From Paragordius varius (lineage: Eukaryota; Animalia; Nematomorpha): a DNA stretch of 64,000 bases. The stretch covers positions 9,548,001 to 9,612,000 of the forward strand of contig OZ176054.1 in the NCBI GenBank assembly GCA_964247055.1. Reading direction: 5' to 3'. Position 1 is the stretch's first letter. Each line of letters starts with the position of its first letter. A model generated the notes under the pieces. It worked only from the letters and a program-made list of their open reading frames with translations. It was not told the DNA's origin and did not search any database. This document shows, one piece after another, positions 1 through 12,400 of this stretch. A program made the translations under genes and the position numbers.

Positions 1-60
1 ATATTTATAAATTTATACTTTATAAAAACAATATTGATTTTTATATGTGATATATTTTAG

Positions 61-183
61 TGTTATTTTTTCAAACCAGCATTTGGCTTCATAAAAAAAT
101 TTATTTGACAAAATATGCGCAAATTAGGCCATTTGATATGGAGCAGCTACTAGATAAGTTTAAATTATTTCCTAATATCATTC
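61..183 (+). CDS. Possible internal exon of an unidentified gene entering from the left edge
   Basis: Flanked by tttttag and gtaagt; one open frame (LFFQTSIWLHKKIYLTKYAQIRPFDMEQLLDKFKLFPNII); no homology recognised. Confidence 0.3.
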
Positions 184-1078
184 GTAAGTGTCAATCAGAG
201 GTACTATGATGATCCTGATACATATTCCCATTAGAATATATGTACGTATATAAAATCAGGAATTTTTATCAAAAGCAAATTATTTTTTTAAGCATTAATT
301 TGAAGTTTATAATCATAACTATATAATTTTTACTTTTATGACCTTTTAGAGTAGCTTTACCGAAAATTTGGAATTTGAATATCTCAAAAGGTATTTAAGG
401 TATTAGGCCGAATATAATCTTTTCTTTATAGCCTTTACCACAACACTTCGTAATCGGGGATTATACAAAAACTGAGGAAAGAAATGTATCAGGACGATCT
501 GGTGTTTTTGGTTTTTTGGCCCTGATGTGAGAAAGTTATTTACATATTTAATTACATATCAGAAAATGACAAAATTCGCGCACATTTTTTTCAAATTTGG
601 TGAAAACAATATGCTTCTTACCAAAAAATATCACTAAAATATATTATAAACCACCTATGAAAATTAAAACTATAAAAAATGGGGATTTTCGGAGATAACA
701 TCTGAAAATTAAAAATTGTAAAATTATTGTTTTGCTTTTTACTATTTTATGATGTATCTATTAGGGATATTTTTGGAATGAAACATTAGCTTTCACCAAA
801 AAAAATTTTAAAAGCACGAATTTTGTTATTTTGTAATATGGAGAACTTATCATAAAAGCGTAAATAATAAATTTTTTATCGCTGTATAAGACTTTACCAT
901 TTGGTGTAGTTTTCTATCAGAGAGCGATTAGAAATTTGATCTTTAATTTAAAGTAAGCCGAATTTTAAAATATGCTTTGATTAGCCTTTTAGAGGCATTA
1001 TACAAATAAACTTTCCAAAAATTTAAAATTGTAACAAAATCTGATCACTTTTTTACCGTTATTTTTTCTATAAACTAA

Positions 1079-1630
1079 TACTTGGATAAAACACATTCAT
1101 TTTAGTCCTTCGATTCAAAACCCCAGGTCTGTTTAAAATTAAATTCTCTAAAAAATATGGATGGAATCGAAACAATCTCAAAATTTTGCACTTATGTAAC
1201 ATTAATAAACCGAAATACATAAAAAAATTTAATAAAAAATAATTAATATTACTTATTTTAAGCTAAAACCGAAATAAAATTTCGTCAACGTCACATGTGT
1301 ACAATGGTAAAATTGAAAAGTAATACAAAATAAACGGCTTTTTCTATTTCTAACAATGTTATATGTATTTTAAATATAAAATTAGCTTTAACTATACCCT
1401 TAAAATTAAATGAATACGATATTTTGCAAAAATTTTCTAAAATAAAAATGGCGTCGAAGTAGCTTGATATAGAACTTTTTTACAAAACCAAATTTTATTG
1501 GGCTTGTTTATATAATTTTTATTAGGATAGAAGGATAAATTTGAATTGAGACCGTTTCTTTCAGTAGTTTTTTAAAAATAACTCAAATTTAAGTCTGAAG
1601 TATTTAAATACCCCAATTTGAATCGAAGTG
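1079..1630 (+). mobile_element. Chapaev3-type MITE, family B, copy 1
   Basis: Homologous over its length to 34684-35253, 46129-46700 and 47083-47617. Right end GAATCGAAGTG|TTA; left end diverged (TAA|TACTTGGATA). Confidence 0.65.
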
Positions 1631-2042
1631 TTAAATCACTAATGCATTATACAAATAAATGTATATTATGTTTAGAAAATAAATATTAACTTTAAAAAGC
1701 GCCCAGACTACATTTTCATTAAAATCTTATTTTGATTATAATTAGCTGTTTGTTTCAATTTTATGCTATAGAGCTGTCCTAGAATCCTGAAAGCGCTGAA
1801 AAAAATATAAGCTCTTTTTCTAATATATAAGAACACTTGAATAACTTTCAAAAGAGTAGTTTATTCACAAGATTGTGCTCTGGAATAAAACAATACAATA
1901 ACTGATCGTGGAAAAGTTTTATAAAGTGATATGCTTATTTTTAGGTTTTAATAATGTAAGCATGTTATTATGATTCTGTAAAATAAATTACTGCAATATT
2001 TAACATGTGTGAAAGATTTTACTGTTAGACGCACATTGGTTT

Positions 2043-3458
2043 ATGATGGCTGACGATATTGAGATAGACGATCAACCTGAGAACGGTTTTGAATCTGATG
2101 CTGAAATAGGTAATTTTATACTTAAATGCAAGATATAAATGTTTTAAAGCAGAAAGCGGTTAACAAAAAAGGACGCGGGTTTATAGGAGGAGGTATAAAT
2201 AAAAATAATATTAGAAAATACTGCCAAAGAAACCAATGTGGAAATTTATGATAATCTTGTTGATGAAGTACAAGGTCCTGGGCCTAAAAAATGTAAGTTT
2301 ATGAATATTACCTTATTTATATATAAGGATAAAGTAGATATATTTGCAAGACTGTTTTTATAAATATTGATGTACTTTACACGCTTGTATTATTTTGGTA
2401 GCAATTGAAGGATGGATATTATTTGTAACTAATGTTCACGAAGAAATGGATGAGGCCTATTTTGCTAATCAATTTATGGAGTTTGGCTTGGTTAAAAATT
2501 TACATATAAATCTTGACCGTAAAACCGGATTTATGAAAGTATAAATATTTTTAATATTAATTTATTTTAATATTCACATATATATTAAAATAATATTATA
2601 AAATAGGTAGTTGCTACCCTAAACTAAATCTGATTACTCTTAAATTTATGTTTTATATAAAAACAATTTTGTTTTCTTTTTAAATTTAATTCAAAAATAA
2701 GCTAGGTATTATTTCTCTAATTTATTGCAATAATCCTCTTGTTACTTTAACTTCAAATAAAAATGGAATGTTTTAAGCAAATCTTTGACAAGCAGAATTT
2801 GGCTATAATTTTATAATAATCCATCCATTATTTTTTACCCGAAGACGCAATACAACCTCACATTTTGTTTTTATTTGACCAATAATTATAAATTGTTAGG
2901 GAGAATAAAAATAAAAAAAGCAAAAATTGTCTTGCATTAGAGGCTGCCGAATATGGTTTTATTAAATGTGTTTATTTATTACGAAAAATTACCAGACCAG
3001 TTTTTAACTATAATTATATGTGTGACCATGTTTTATAATAATTCAAAGGCTAAATAGATTACCCAGAATATATTTTTACGTAAAGATTATGCATATGGAA
3101 AAAAAAATAATAGGCTGTAAATTATTATTTTCTTTTCGAACTTGACCATGTCAAATACTTTCGTGCCAAAGATTTGGCCAATCATTAATTGAAGACTAGT
3201 TTATTGTTTTTCATAGCACTATTTTAACTTAATTTTGAATGAATGTTTTTGAATGTCTGTATGCAAATGCTATTTATCCAATATTTCACTTTCTTTTTTT
3301 ACTTAATATAGGGTTACGCTTTGGTAGAGTATGAAACATACGAAGAAGCCAAAAATGCCCTCAATGCTATGGATAATACCACTTTGTTGGATAAAACAAT
3401 CCGTGTTTCTTGGGCATTCGTTAAGGCACCTTTACGGGCAGCACATCGACATTCATAA
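2043..3458 (+). CDS. RBM8A: RNA-binding protein 8A / Y14 (exon junction complex core)
   Basis: Exons 2043-2109, 2133-2192, 2215-2292, 2402-2538, 3312-3458 splice to [10 protein letters not shown]...KKGRGF...[21 protein letters not shown]...[28 protein letters not shown]...[11 protein letters not shown], the Y14 RRM signature. All introns GT-AG. Confidence 0.95.
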
Positions 3459-4218
3459 TCAATTTTTTATTTTTGTTCATAACGTTGTAAATACAGATAT
3501 ATATATATATATGGGTGGTGATTAATAAATTTTACAATTGTTATTAAAATTTTTAATACGGTGTAATCCTCAAATTCACTATTAAACCATTATAAATTTT
3601 CCCTTGAACAATTCAAATTCACCTTATGTTTTTGAATAATAAAAATTACCTAAATTTTTTATATAAAAATGAATTTTGTTTAAAATTAACATAATATTGA
3701 AAATCCAATAAACTTTGTTGCCATAAAGAAAAATTTTATATTAATGATGAGTTATATTAACTCGAAAACACTTATTAGTTAATTTTTTGACAAAAATACT
3801 CCAGGTTTAAGTTATAACTATGTATATTACCAATAAAAATAATTTTATATACTTCAAACTTCTTTTACCAGTTGGCTATAATATATTTTTAAATAATTTA
3901 TACAAAAATCATTATTTAAGTTGGCTAATTTATACAAAAAATTCGAAATCATTATAATATAAATTGATAGCTTGTAAAAATCATTCATAATCTGAATCAC
4001 TTCCAGGCTTGCGTTTTCTAAAATAAAAATAGTATAATTTATCAATTTTTGGGTGATAATAATCATATTTTACTTCTATAAGGTATGGTTTAAAACTATT
4101 TCATTAAAGTTTTTACAAATTTCATGTATTTAATACTAATTATAGATCACAAAAGTTCAAGCTAATTTTACAATCTATCCGGTATATAATTTTCTCATGT
4201 TTATCCAGTTAATAATTA

Positions 4219-5056
4219 CACTTGACAACAAATTTTGACTTTTTAAGTGCCATTCTTTTAAAATTTATTTCATTATAGTATATAAATAGCATATCTAAAA
4301 AAATTGGTATAACACCTAAGAATTTTTTTATTGGGGTTTATTAAAAATTTTTGGCCCCGATTTAAATTAAACTCGATATTTTTAAAATTAAAACTTTTAG
4401 ATATAGAGGCAGTAAAAATAAATCTAAAAAACTTTTGAAAATCATTATTATCAAAATTATTTTACCTAGTGGATATAAAAATATTTTGTTATAACTATAA
4501 ATTTATTACATAATGGCTATAAAAGATCAAGAATACCCTAAACTATATTTCTAGTTTTTAAAATTTTGAAATTATAAGCCTCCTAAAGAAAATACTTAAA
4601 ATTGATATGATGGTAATTTTTTTAGAAAACAAAAAATTAAAAATGGCTGTTTGAATGAGATAAAAGCAATTCATAAGTGTTTTAATCAAAATAGTTTCTT
4701 GTGTTATCTTTTTTAGACATTCACATCTGCACAAAGTTTAAAATATATTCTTCCATTAGTTTTAAAATATTAATTACGAAAAAGCTCTCGCTTCGCGGAT
4801 TTGTCGCTTTTTATGCCCAAAATTAATCGAAAAACATATTAGTATTAATTTTTTGGGGTTTTCAATACTCTTTCAAATAATATATTACAAATGAACATTA
4901 GTTGTATATTTTCAAGTGAAATATTTTTTAGTAACAGGTGCATAATCATAAAATGTCAAATTTTATAAAATTAGGTGGAATTCAGATTTTCAGTTGAAAT
5001 GATAGTAAATATCAGAAAATGCAAAAAACTCTCGAAGAAAAATTTGTTGTTTGGTG
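4219..5056 (+). mobile_element. Chapaev3-type MITE, family A, copy 1
   Basis: TIR CACTTGACAACAAATTT...AATTTGTTGTTTGGTG with 3-bp TSD TTA; homologous to 9920-10956 and 23844-24874. Confidence 0.75.
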
Positions 5057-5237
5057 TTATTTATATGAATAAATTACTTATAATTATTAAAAAAATTCAA
5101 GTAATATTATTATCCTTTCACTAAAATATTTAAATTGTTACTATAATCATATTTGCATTTAAAGTATTGCTATTAATGTATTTCCCGAAAAATACATTTT
5201 GATCAAATAAGACACGCCAATAATAAAAGCTATAATA

Positions 5238-6923
5238 TTACTTTGTTTTTTTATCCTTTTTTGCTGGAGGTTTGGACTTGTTGGCTGTTTCGGATGCTAA
5301 TCAATAAATTTTATAGTTATTGTGTGATGATTTTCATGATAAGTATTAAGTATTTAAATCATAGTTTAAGCATTTTTTCTATTTACATTTTGTAAAATCG
5401 ATAACCCAAGCAAATAGATCAACTCAGGCCTGAAGATTATTTTTTTTATGGAATCAAAATATCGTAAAATTATAAATATACATTTAGCGGCTGGTGGATT
5501 AGACTTTGGAAGGACTAGTTCTTCCTTTTGCGCTTCTATCCGTTTTAAAGTGTCATCCACAGATATACGTCGATCTTGTCTTTTTGATATTGAGCGTCTA
5601 GATGTATTTTTTAACGTTGCAGTTTCTTGTTTCAACCTTTTAATGGCATCGTACAGTGACTGGTAATATTGATTCATTGCTTCTGGCGTTTTATACTAGA
5701 TTATTTATTATTAATAAAATTTCAGATATGATTTGTGTTAATGCCCATCAGTACGGCGTGTTGAATAATAAAAAAAATAAAATCAGGTTTTTCTAATAAT
5801 CCAAAAAATTACATTAGGTCCAAAAGTAGCTAAATTTTGTTTTGGGGTTCCTGGTTGTATATTACCTCTAGACATTTCATAATTTCTCCATTGATCTAGA
5901 GTTGGTGCTATTTTTGAAAACAGTAAGATTTTAATATTTATGTTGGGAACATTGAGTAATATAGCTTTTCAATTTTTAATTAGAAAGTTTTTTTAGGGAT
6001 GAATTTTTGACAACTTTAAACCAGTGGGCCAAACCAGATCAGAAGTTTATTATCAGAATAAACACAAAAAATAATTAATAAATTGGCAGCACAAACATAC
6101 CGTTATTATAATATTATTAAAATAAACCGTTGTGGCCATTTAAATATCATTTAATTGAGTTTTATTTAGGAATATGAAATCACTATCGGGTAAGATATCT
6201 TTTATGTAAAGCATAGGCCCCATGCAAAGATATAAACTCTGATGTCTGCCTTCCTTCTAATGGTTTTAACTCAGTCCGCTATAATTGAATGATCGAAAAA
6301 TATGAAATTAAGTGCGCCGAAAACATATAAAATTATATAGTTAATCTTAAGTTTTATAGGCAATTACATGAATATATTTATGGGTTTTTTTCTAACTAAC
6401 AGTATATTATTATACCATATCCTATGTCTCTTTGTCCAATGGAAAAAGGATCAGCTCTTTTGATTCCATAATTTATTCTTGGCCGTGGTAATTCAAAAAA
6501 CATATTATCCTGGCTGTTGAATTCGGAACACGTTAAAAACCTAGAAAAATATCGTTTATTTATCAGTTTAAACTCAAGTTTTCTTATTTAATTTAAATAT
6601 GGGTAACAGTGATATTTTTCATTTTCATTAACACTCTTCCTGTTAGCAATATTACTGTTCGGGCCACCCGATTCACTTCTATGTAATGTGCGATCATTAA
6701 TTTATTAAATAGCCCCTATATCCACATAATTTGATATATTTTGCATTATTAATTCGAACTTTGATTTCATATTATGACCTCTTGCTCTAGCTGCTATACA
6801 GTAACTTTTAATATACTGTCTATAAATGGGCTAAAATTGTGCCTTTTTGAAGATCACGAAAATACCTTTGAAATACTTGAGATGACGTTTAAATGAGGTT
6901 AAAATAAAAATTAACTTATGTAG

Positions 6924-6960
<37 letters not shown>

Positions 6961-7542
6961 AAGTAAAATTTCATGAGTATAATCAATTAACTTTATACAG
7001 TATATGTATGGTATTTTAGTTGTTAATCACGCCTGTAAAATAATTACACATACCAGTTTGCTGAATAAATGAACTCCCAAAGTTCCGGAAAACTTATAAG
7101 CTCCCTTGCTGCAGTATACAAGTCTCGGAAAGACATAAAAGGAAATCGTACACAAGAAAATATTCTTTTCAAGTATTTCCTGCGGTTTTGAAAATCAGCA
7201 GTTACCCATCTCCAAGCGGCTATAAAGACTTCTTGTTCACTGGCCACTGATAAGTAATCGTCCGATAAGATTGTACACACTCGATCCGGTGTGAGGGATA
7301 AGAATTGAGTCTCATTTAAATTTGTTAATTCATTTCGATTTAATATCATAGGTGGAGGAGGTTCTCTGCTAACTATACCATTTAATCCCAACACCCCCGT
7401 ACCTGGTATATTAAAAAGTTGTTTAGGGTCAATAATTTTAAGGCATAATTTTATAAAAAATACCATTAGCAGAATTCATGGGTCCGGTAGAAACGGGGGA
7501 TCCCCAATTACTTGTAAACATAGATGGTCTCTGTTCAAACAT
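5238..7542 (-). CDS. BACK-domain protein (BTB/Kelch-associated domain); 5' extent and some junctions uncertain
   Basis: Exon in ORF 7044-7466 reads FLSLTPDRVCTILSDDYLSVASEQEVFIAAWRWVTADFQNRRKYLKRIFSCVRFPFM, a typical BACK motif. Further open exons near 6750-6810, 6416-6540 (FELPRPRINYG), 5814-5910, 5482-5695 and a terminal exon 5238-5290. Confidence 0.7.
6927..6954. repeat. (TA)n microsatellite
   Basis: Direct reading. Similar tracts near 8157-8184, 22589-22611, 27602-27637, 29163-29209 and 35981-36004. Confidence 0.95.
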
Positions 7543-8152
7543 CCTAAAAGTATAGCAATTAGAATATTGTAATTCTATGAAATTATATGCGCAACCTCGT
7601 AAAAATGAAAAGTTTTATTATATAATTTTTGGCGATTCGTGATATTTAGTCTTAAAAAACTGCGATTTCCATCGGCTTACTTTACCTTCTATCCCAAAAA
7701 CAATTATTTCTATGAGATAATAGCGGAGTGATTCAAATGTTAAAGGGAGTGCGCAAAGCTAATGTTTTAAATCTGAAATTTTCTCCTGAAGCCTCATGTA
7801 AATGTTTAATTTAAAGAAAGCTTAAAAATATGAATTATAATTGATATTAATCCAATTTGATAAGAGTGGAAACAAATAACCGATAACCCAAATAATTGTA
7901 AAAATAAATGATGGATAATTCAAGCCCTCTTGATTGTCATATTTTAAAAATAATGTCTATACCAACAAATAGTTTTAAAATTTTAATTATATGATTAAAA
8001 TATAGTTTTTCTAAATCTAAAGCTTGTTCCTAACTTAATTTACATATACAGATATAAATTTTCAATGATATAGATCCAAATTTCATATACAAAATATTCA
8101 ACAAAATTTTTAATATATGCAGTGGGGATTTAATAAAGGAAATTTACATATT

Positions 8153-8187
<35 letters not shown>

Positions 8188-9498
8188 ATCGCCTATTTTA
8201 TGGATTACTTTTTTGTTAATTTATTGGTTTTAAAATAATTAGGAGGTCAAAGCAATGCTTCACGGGCAATATTCAAAAAATATATGGGTAATAAGCCAGA
8301 TTCTAACGAATTGTAAAAATTATATAACTGCTATTTAAACCATTTTTGCTAGTTCCTTATTTGGAAAAATTTGTTCAGATTTAAATTTAAGTGCTATCAA
8401 TTTTAATATAATTTTATTAATAGCATGTACTGCAAATTAGGAATTTTTCGGTTCGTAATTCGCATCTTACTGTCAATTTAAAATAGGTTTTGGCAAGGAC
8501 AAAAACCTAAAAATAATTTTTTAAATAAATTTTTATGATTGATTTTTTTATATTAGCTATCATCCAATGAACTTCTACATCATGTTAAATTAATTGAATT
8601 ACGCTTGTATCCAGGACGCACTCTATTAAGATATTTTAAAACTTTTACCATACAACTTATCCATGATGACAAACATATCTGTCAAGCGACATAATTAATA
8701 AGTTAATATTGGCTGATCTCATCAGTTGAATTACTTAAAAGGAAATCTCATGCCTTATAAGTCGTTTTTTGAAAGAAATGTACTTTGTTAAATTACTAGA
8801 CTTATGAACAAGGAAAATGCGCATTCTTTTTTGTTTTTTTATAAAACTTGTATCCTAAAACCGGAGAAACGCTTTAACCCGGTTGTCTAATAATTTGTTT
8901 AATGCGATATGAACAAAATAACGTTTAATTTATAAAATTAAGTTATGGGTAATTAAATCAGAAGCTGTTTAACCGCGGACAGTATTAACTCTTTATAACG
9001 ATGGTTGTAAATTGAGGCCTTAAATGTATATATTTTACCATTGCCTAAATAAACCTTAAATAATAAAAGATAAAAAATTAATATATGTACTATAAAGGTT
9101 AATTAACGATAAAAACAATGAGATTTGTATACCATAAAATAAAAAGATATTCATTAAATAAGGAATGATTGAATAGTACACACTGCGTGTCAGAGTCCGA
9201 ACCTCAAAACTACGAAATTTTTCCATCACCATTATCAGCCCTGGTTAGACGAGTGTTAAAACCTTCGCTTAGGATACGATTTTAGTCCTTACCCTTTAAT
9301 TAAAAAAGGAAAAAAGAGACTCTAAGTAAATAATATTAAATAAATTTATGTGTAATAAAATTTTTTTATATACATTGCATATTTGCTCGAAATTGGTGAC
9401 TATAAAATGATATGGTTAGCTAAAATCAAAATGGATAAAATCATATAAATTCAGATGCTTACAAGGACACACAAAAATTATAATAATTGCAAATAAAG

Positions 9499-12400
9499 TT
9501 ATTTATTTAACATTTTGGCATTTGACAATACGTCGTATTCCAAAACAAAATCTTCAACATTGTTTGATTCGGACATACATGATTTAATTAAAGGCACTAT
9601 ATAATCATTGTAAATTGTTTCAAGATCAGATGATGTGGGTAAAGATATGGCACTAATTTCAATAATGGTATTCAAAATGGCCTCTCCCAAATCATATTCT
9701 TGCATCATATAATTATTATCAAAAAATCGACTTAATTTGGTCAAAGCGCGCCGTTTTTCATCATTATCTCGCGTTAATAATGTAGTGATAATCACACCTA
9801 AAATTATAATTATTAAATATTTGTAAGATAAAAAAAATACAGTAAAAATTCAAATTATACATATGGTACAAACTAAAAGGAATCAATTGTGGGATACCAA
9901 TTTACATTACTAATCATTTCACTGGACAACAAATTTTTTTGCCACTCGAGTTTTTTGCATTTTCTGATATTTAGTATCATTTTAACAGTAAATCTGAAAT
10001 AAAAATTATAACTCCACGTAAGAATTTTGTATAATTTGATTTATTTGATTATACGCCCTCTTTATCAAAATTTTACTAAAAAATGTTTATCTTTCAAAAT
10101 ATCCAAATGCCCATTTGTATTATATCAATCGAAAGAATAATAAAAACTCTATAAAATGCATATTAATATGTATTACATCGACAGTTAATATTGCACAGAG
10201 AGCGACAAACGCGCAAAGCGAGAGTATTTTTTTTAATTAATATATTTTTAAAACTAATGGATGAAAATAGCTAAAACTTTGTCTAAATGGTGATGAATGT
10301 ACAAAAAAGATAACACAAGAAAGTTTTTTTGATTAAAACATTTTTTTTTGCTTTTATATCACACTCAAAACAGCCATTTTTAATTTTTTTGTTTTTTTAA
10401 AAATTACCATCTCATCATTAATTTATTTTCTTTATGAGGCTGATATCGAAATTTTAAAGATAAAAACAAAGTTTAAAGTATTTTTGATCTTTTATAGCCA
10501 TCATGTAATAAATCTACAGTTATAACTATGCATTTTAGTATCCAGGTAAAATATTTATGATAATAATAATTTTTATTAAAAAAGCAAACCAAAAGCTTTT
10601 TCAAACATTTTTTGTAAATTAAATTTTAATATAACCCTAATAATTATATCAAAATAATTTATCCCAAATAACTTTTACATCCGATTGATTACAATGACTT
10701 ACTAATATTTAAAAGATACAGTTTTTTGCGCTCTTTCGAATGATATAAAATACATGGCTTCATATCTAAAACTTTTAATTTTCAAAATTTCGAGTTTAAT
10801 GTTTTGGGGCCAAAAATTATCGATAAACTCTAATATAAAAAAATTCTTGGGTGTCAGACCAATTTTCTTTTCAGATATACTAATTATGTATTAATGAAAT
10901 AAATTTTAAATTCACAAGAATGGCAGTTGAAAAAAGTCAAAATTTGTTGTCTAGTGTTTTTGAATCAACGGTTAAAATATGTTGTCTTTTTATATAAAAT
11001 ATTTGTCGTTAATTTTATTGTTTTCCCTTTATAATTTCAGTTTTCACTGAGAACATGTGTAAATAGATAAATTGTGTTTTAACAACCATTATTTTATCGT
11101 GTTTTTGTAAAAATACAAAAACTAAAAACCAGACGGTTTGCGACACATGTCCATAAGTTTCAAAGATGACTTTTCTAAAAATTCGGTGGGTGGTGATGTT
11201 AGCCCAAGACTAGCGTCATATGAATTCGCATCCAACAATATGCAATCATAACGAATCTTTTTATCATTCATGGAAATTCGCTCCAATTTGCGCAAACCAT
11301 CACAAATATCGACTTGAATATCTATATAGTTTTTTTGTTAATCATATGAATTATATTAATTAATTAATTAAACTTTAATTATCATTTTTTTGAAAAAAAA
11401 AGTGGATAGGTAAAATCATTGTGTTAAATGGTGTTAATAATATATTCGAGTAATCAAAAAATTACCATTTAAATTTAGGCCAAAATATTTCGTGGCAATT
11501 TCCTTTGTCGTGGGTTCAATGTCACATGCTTCAATAACGCATTCCGGTAACAAACGCTTAAGATAAGAAGCTAAAACTCCACCGCCTAAAAAATGTTTTA
11601 TTCCAATTAATGGGTTTTACATACGTGGTTAAAATTATTTTATATAAGCAAATCCTTACGCATGCAAACGAAATGTAATAATATATAATCTTGAAACGTT
11701 ATACTAGCAATTTAAATAAATTTCATAATATTATATTCATTATTATATATGAAAACCTAATCCAATCAGTAATATCGTAAATGAGGATGTCTCACATGAA
11801 CCATTTTTTGAAACTATTTTATCTTTAAAATATTGCAGTAGGCAGAGCGTGATCATGGCTTTATGGTGTTCAAAAGTTAAGGGCGATGCAAAATCTGGCA
11901 TAAATTGACTTATTGTGGTGTCATATTTCAATTGAATTTCTGATTGTATAACAGAAGGATTACAAGTGTAAAATAATTGACGTACCCAACCAACATTAGG
12001 ATTTTTATCATTATCATCATTTGGACAATATATTTGAATGTCTTCAATGATATAATTAATATCTGGATACAATTGTAGATTTCCTTGAGCCACTAAACGT
12101 CGTGGATAAGTATCTTTCCCGGTGGATAGAAATGGAATCTAAATAAATATAAATGCAAATATATCAAAATAAATTTAAAATTGGGATGGACTTCCAAATA
12201 ATAACCGAATTTGACAGAATTTTCTTGAAAAAGAGATTAAAATTCGGTTTAAAAAGCATTAATATGATAAGACCAGTAAAAACAGGTTTATTTGATAAAT
12301 ACCAAGGGTTGTCAATATTCTTATCTAAGATTTTAAAACTTCTAGCGGCTAACCAATAAATAATAAATAAAATAACATTGTTCAACAAAATAAGCTCATA

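Noticed and set aside
204-260. ATGATGA followed by a TCCTGAT...ATCAGGA hairpin as a snoRNA or miRNA
   Set aside because: No properly placed terminal D box and no recognisable guide.
1079-1630. Family B as piggyBac (TTAA-flanked)
   Set aside because: The best-preserved copy (46129-46700) shows CAC...GTG termini with a 3-bp TTA duplication, which fits Chapaev3 better.
3420-3458. RBM8A lacks the vertebrate RS-rich C-terminal tail
   Set aside because: This tail is variable in invertebrate Y14 proteins, so it is not unusual.
6600-6670. Intronic 12-bp stem (AACAGTGATATT / AATATTACTGTT) in the BACK gene
   Set aside because: Short stem, large loop and no known ncRNA motif; expected by chance in AT-rich DNA.
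7764-8697. Possible small + strand gene (open segments at 7764-7799, 8224-8296, 8557-8697)
   Set aside because: Could not join them into a consistent frame or recognise a family; left unresolved.
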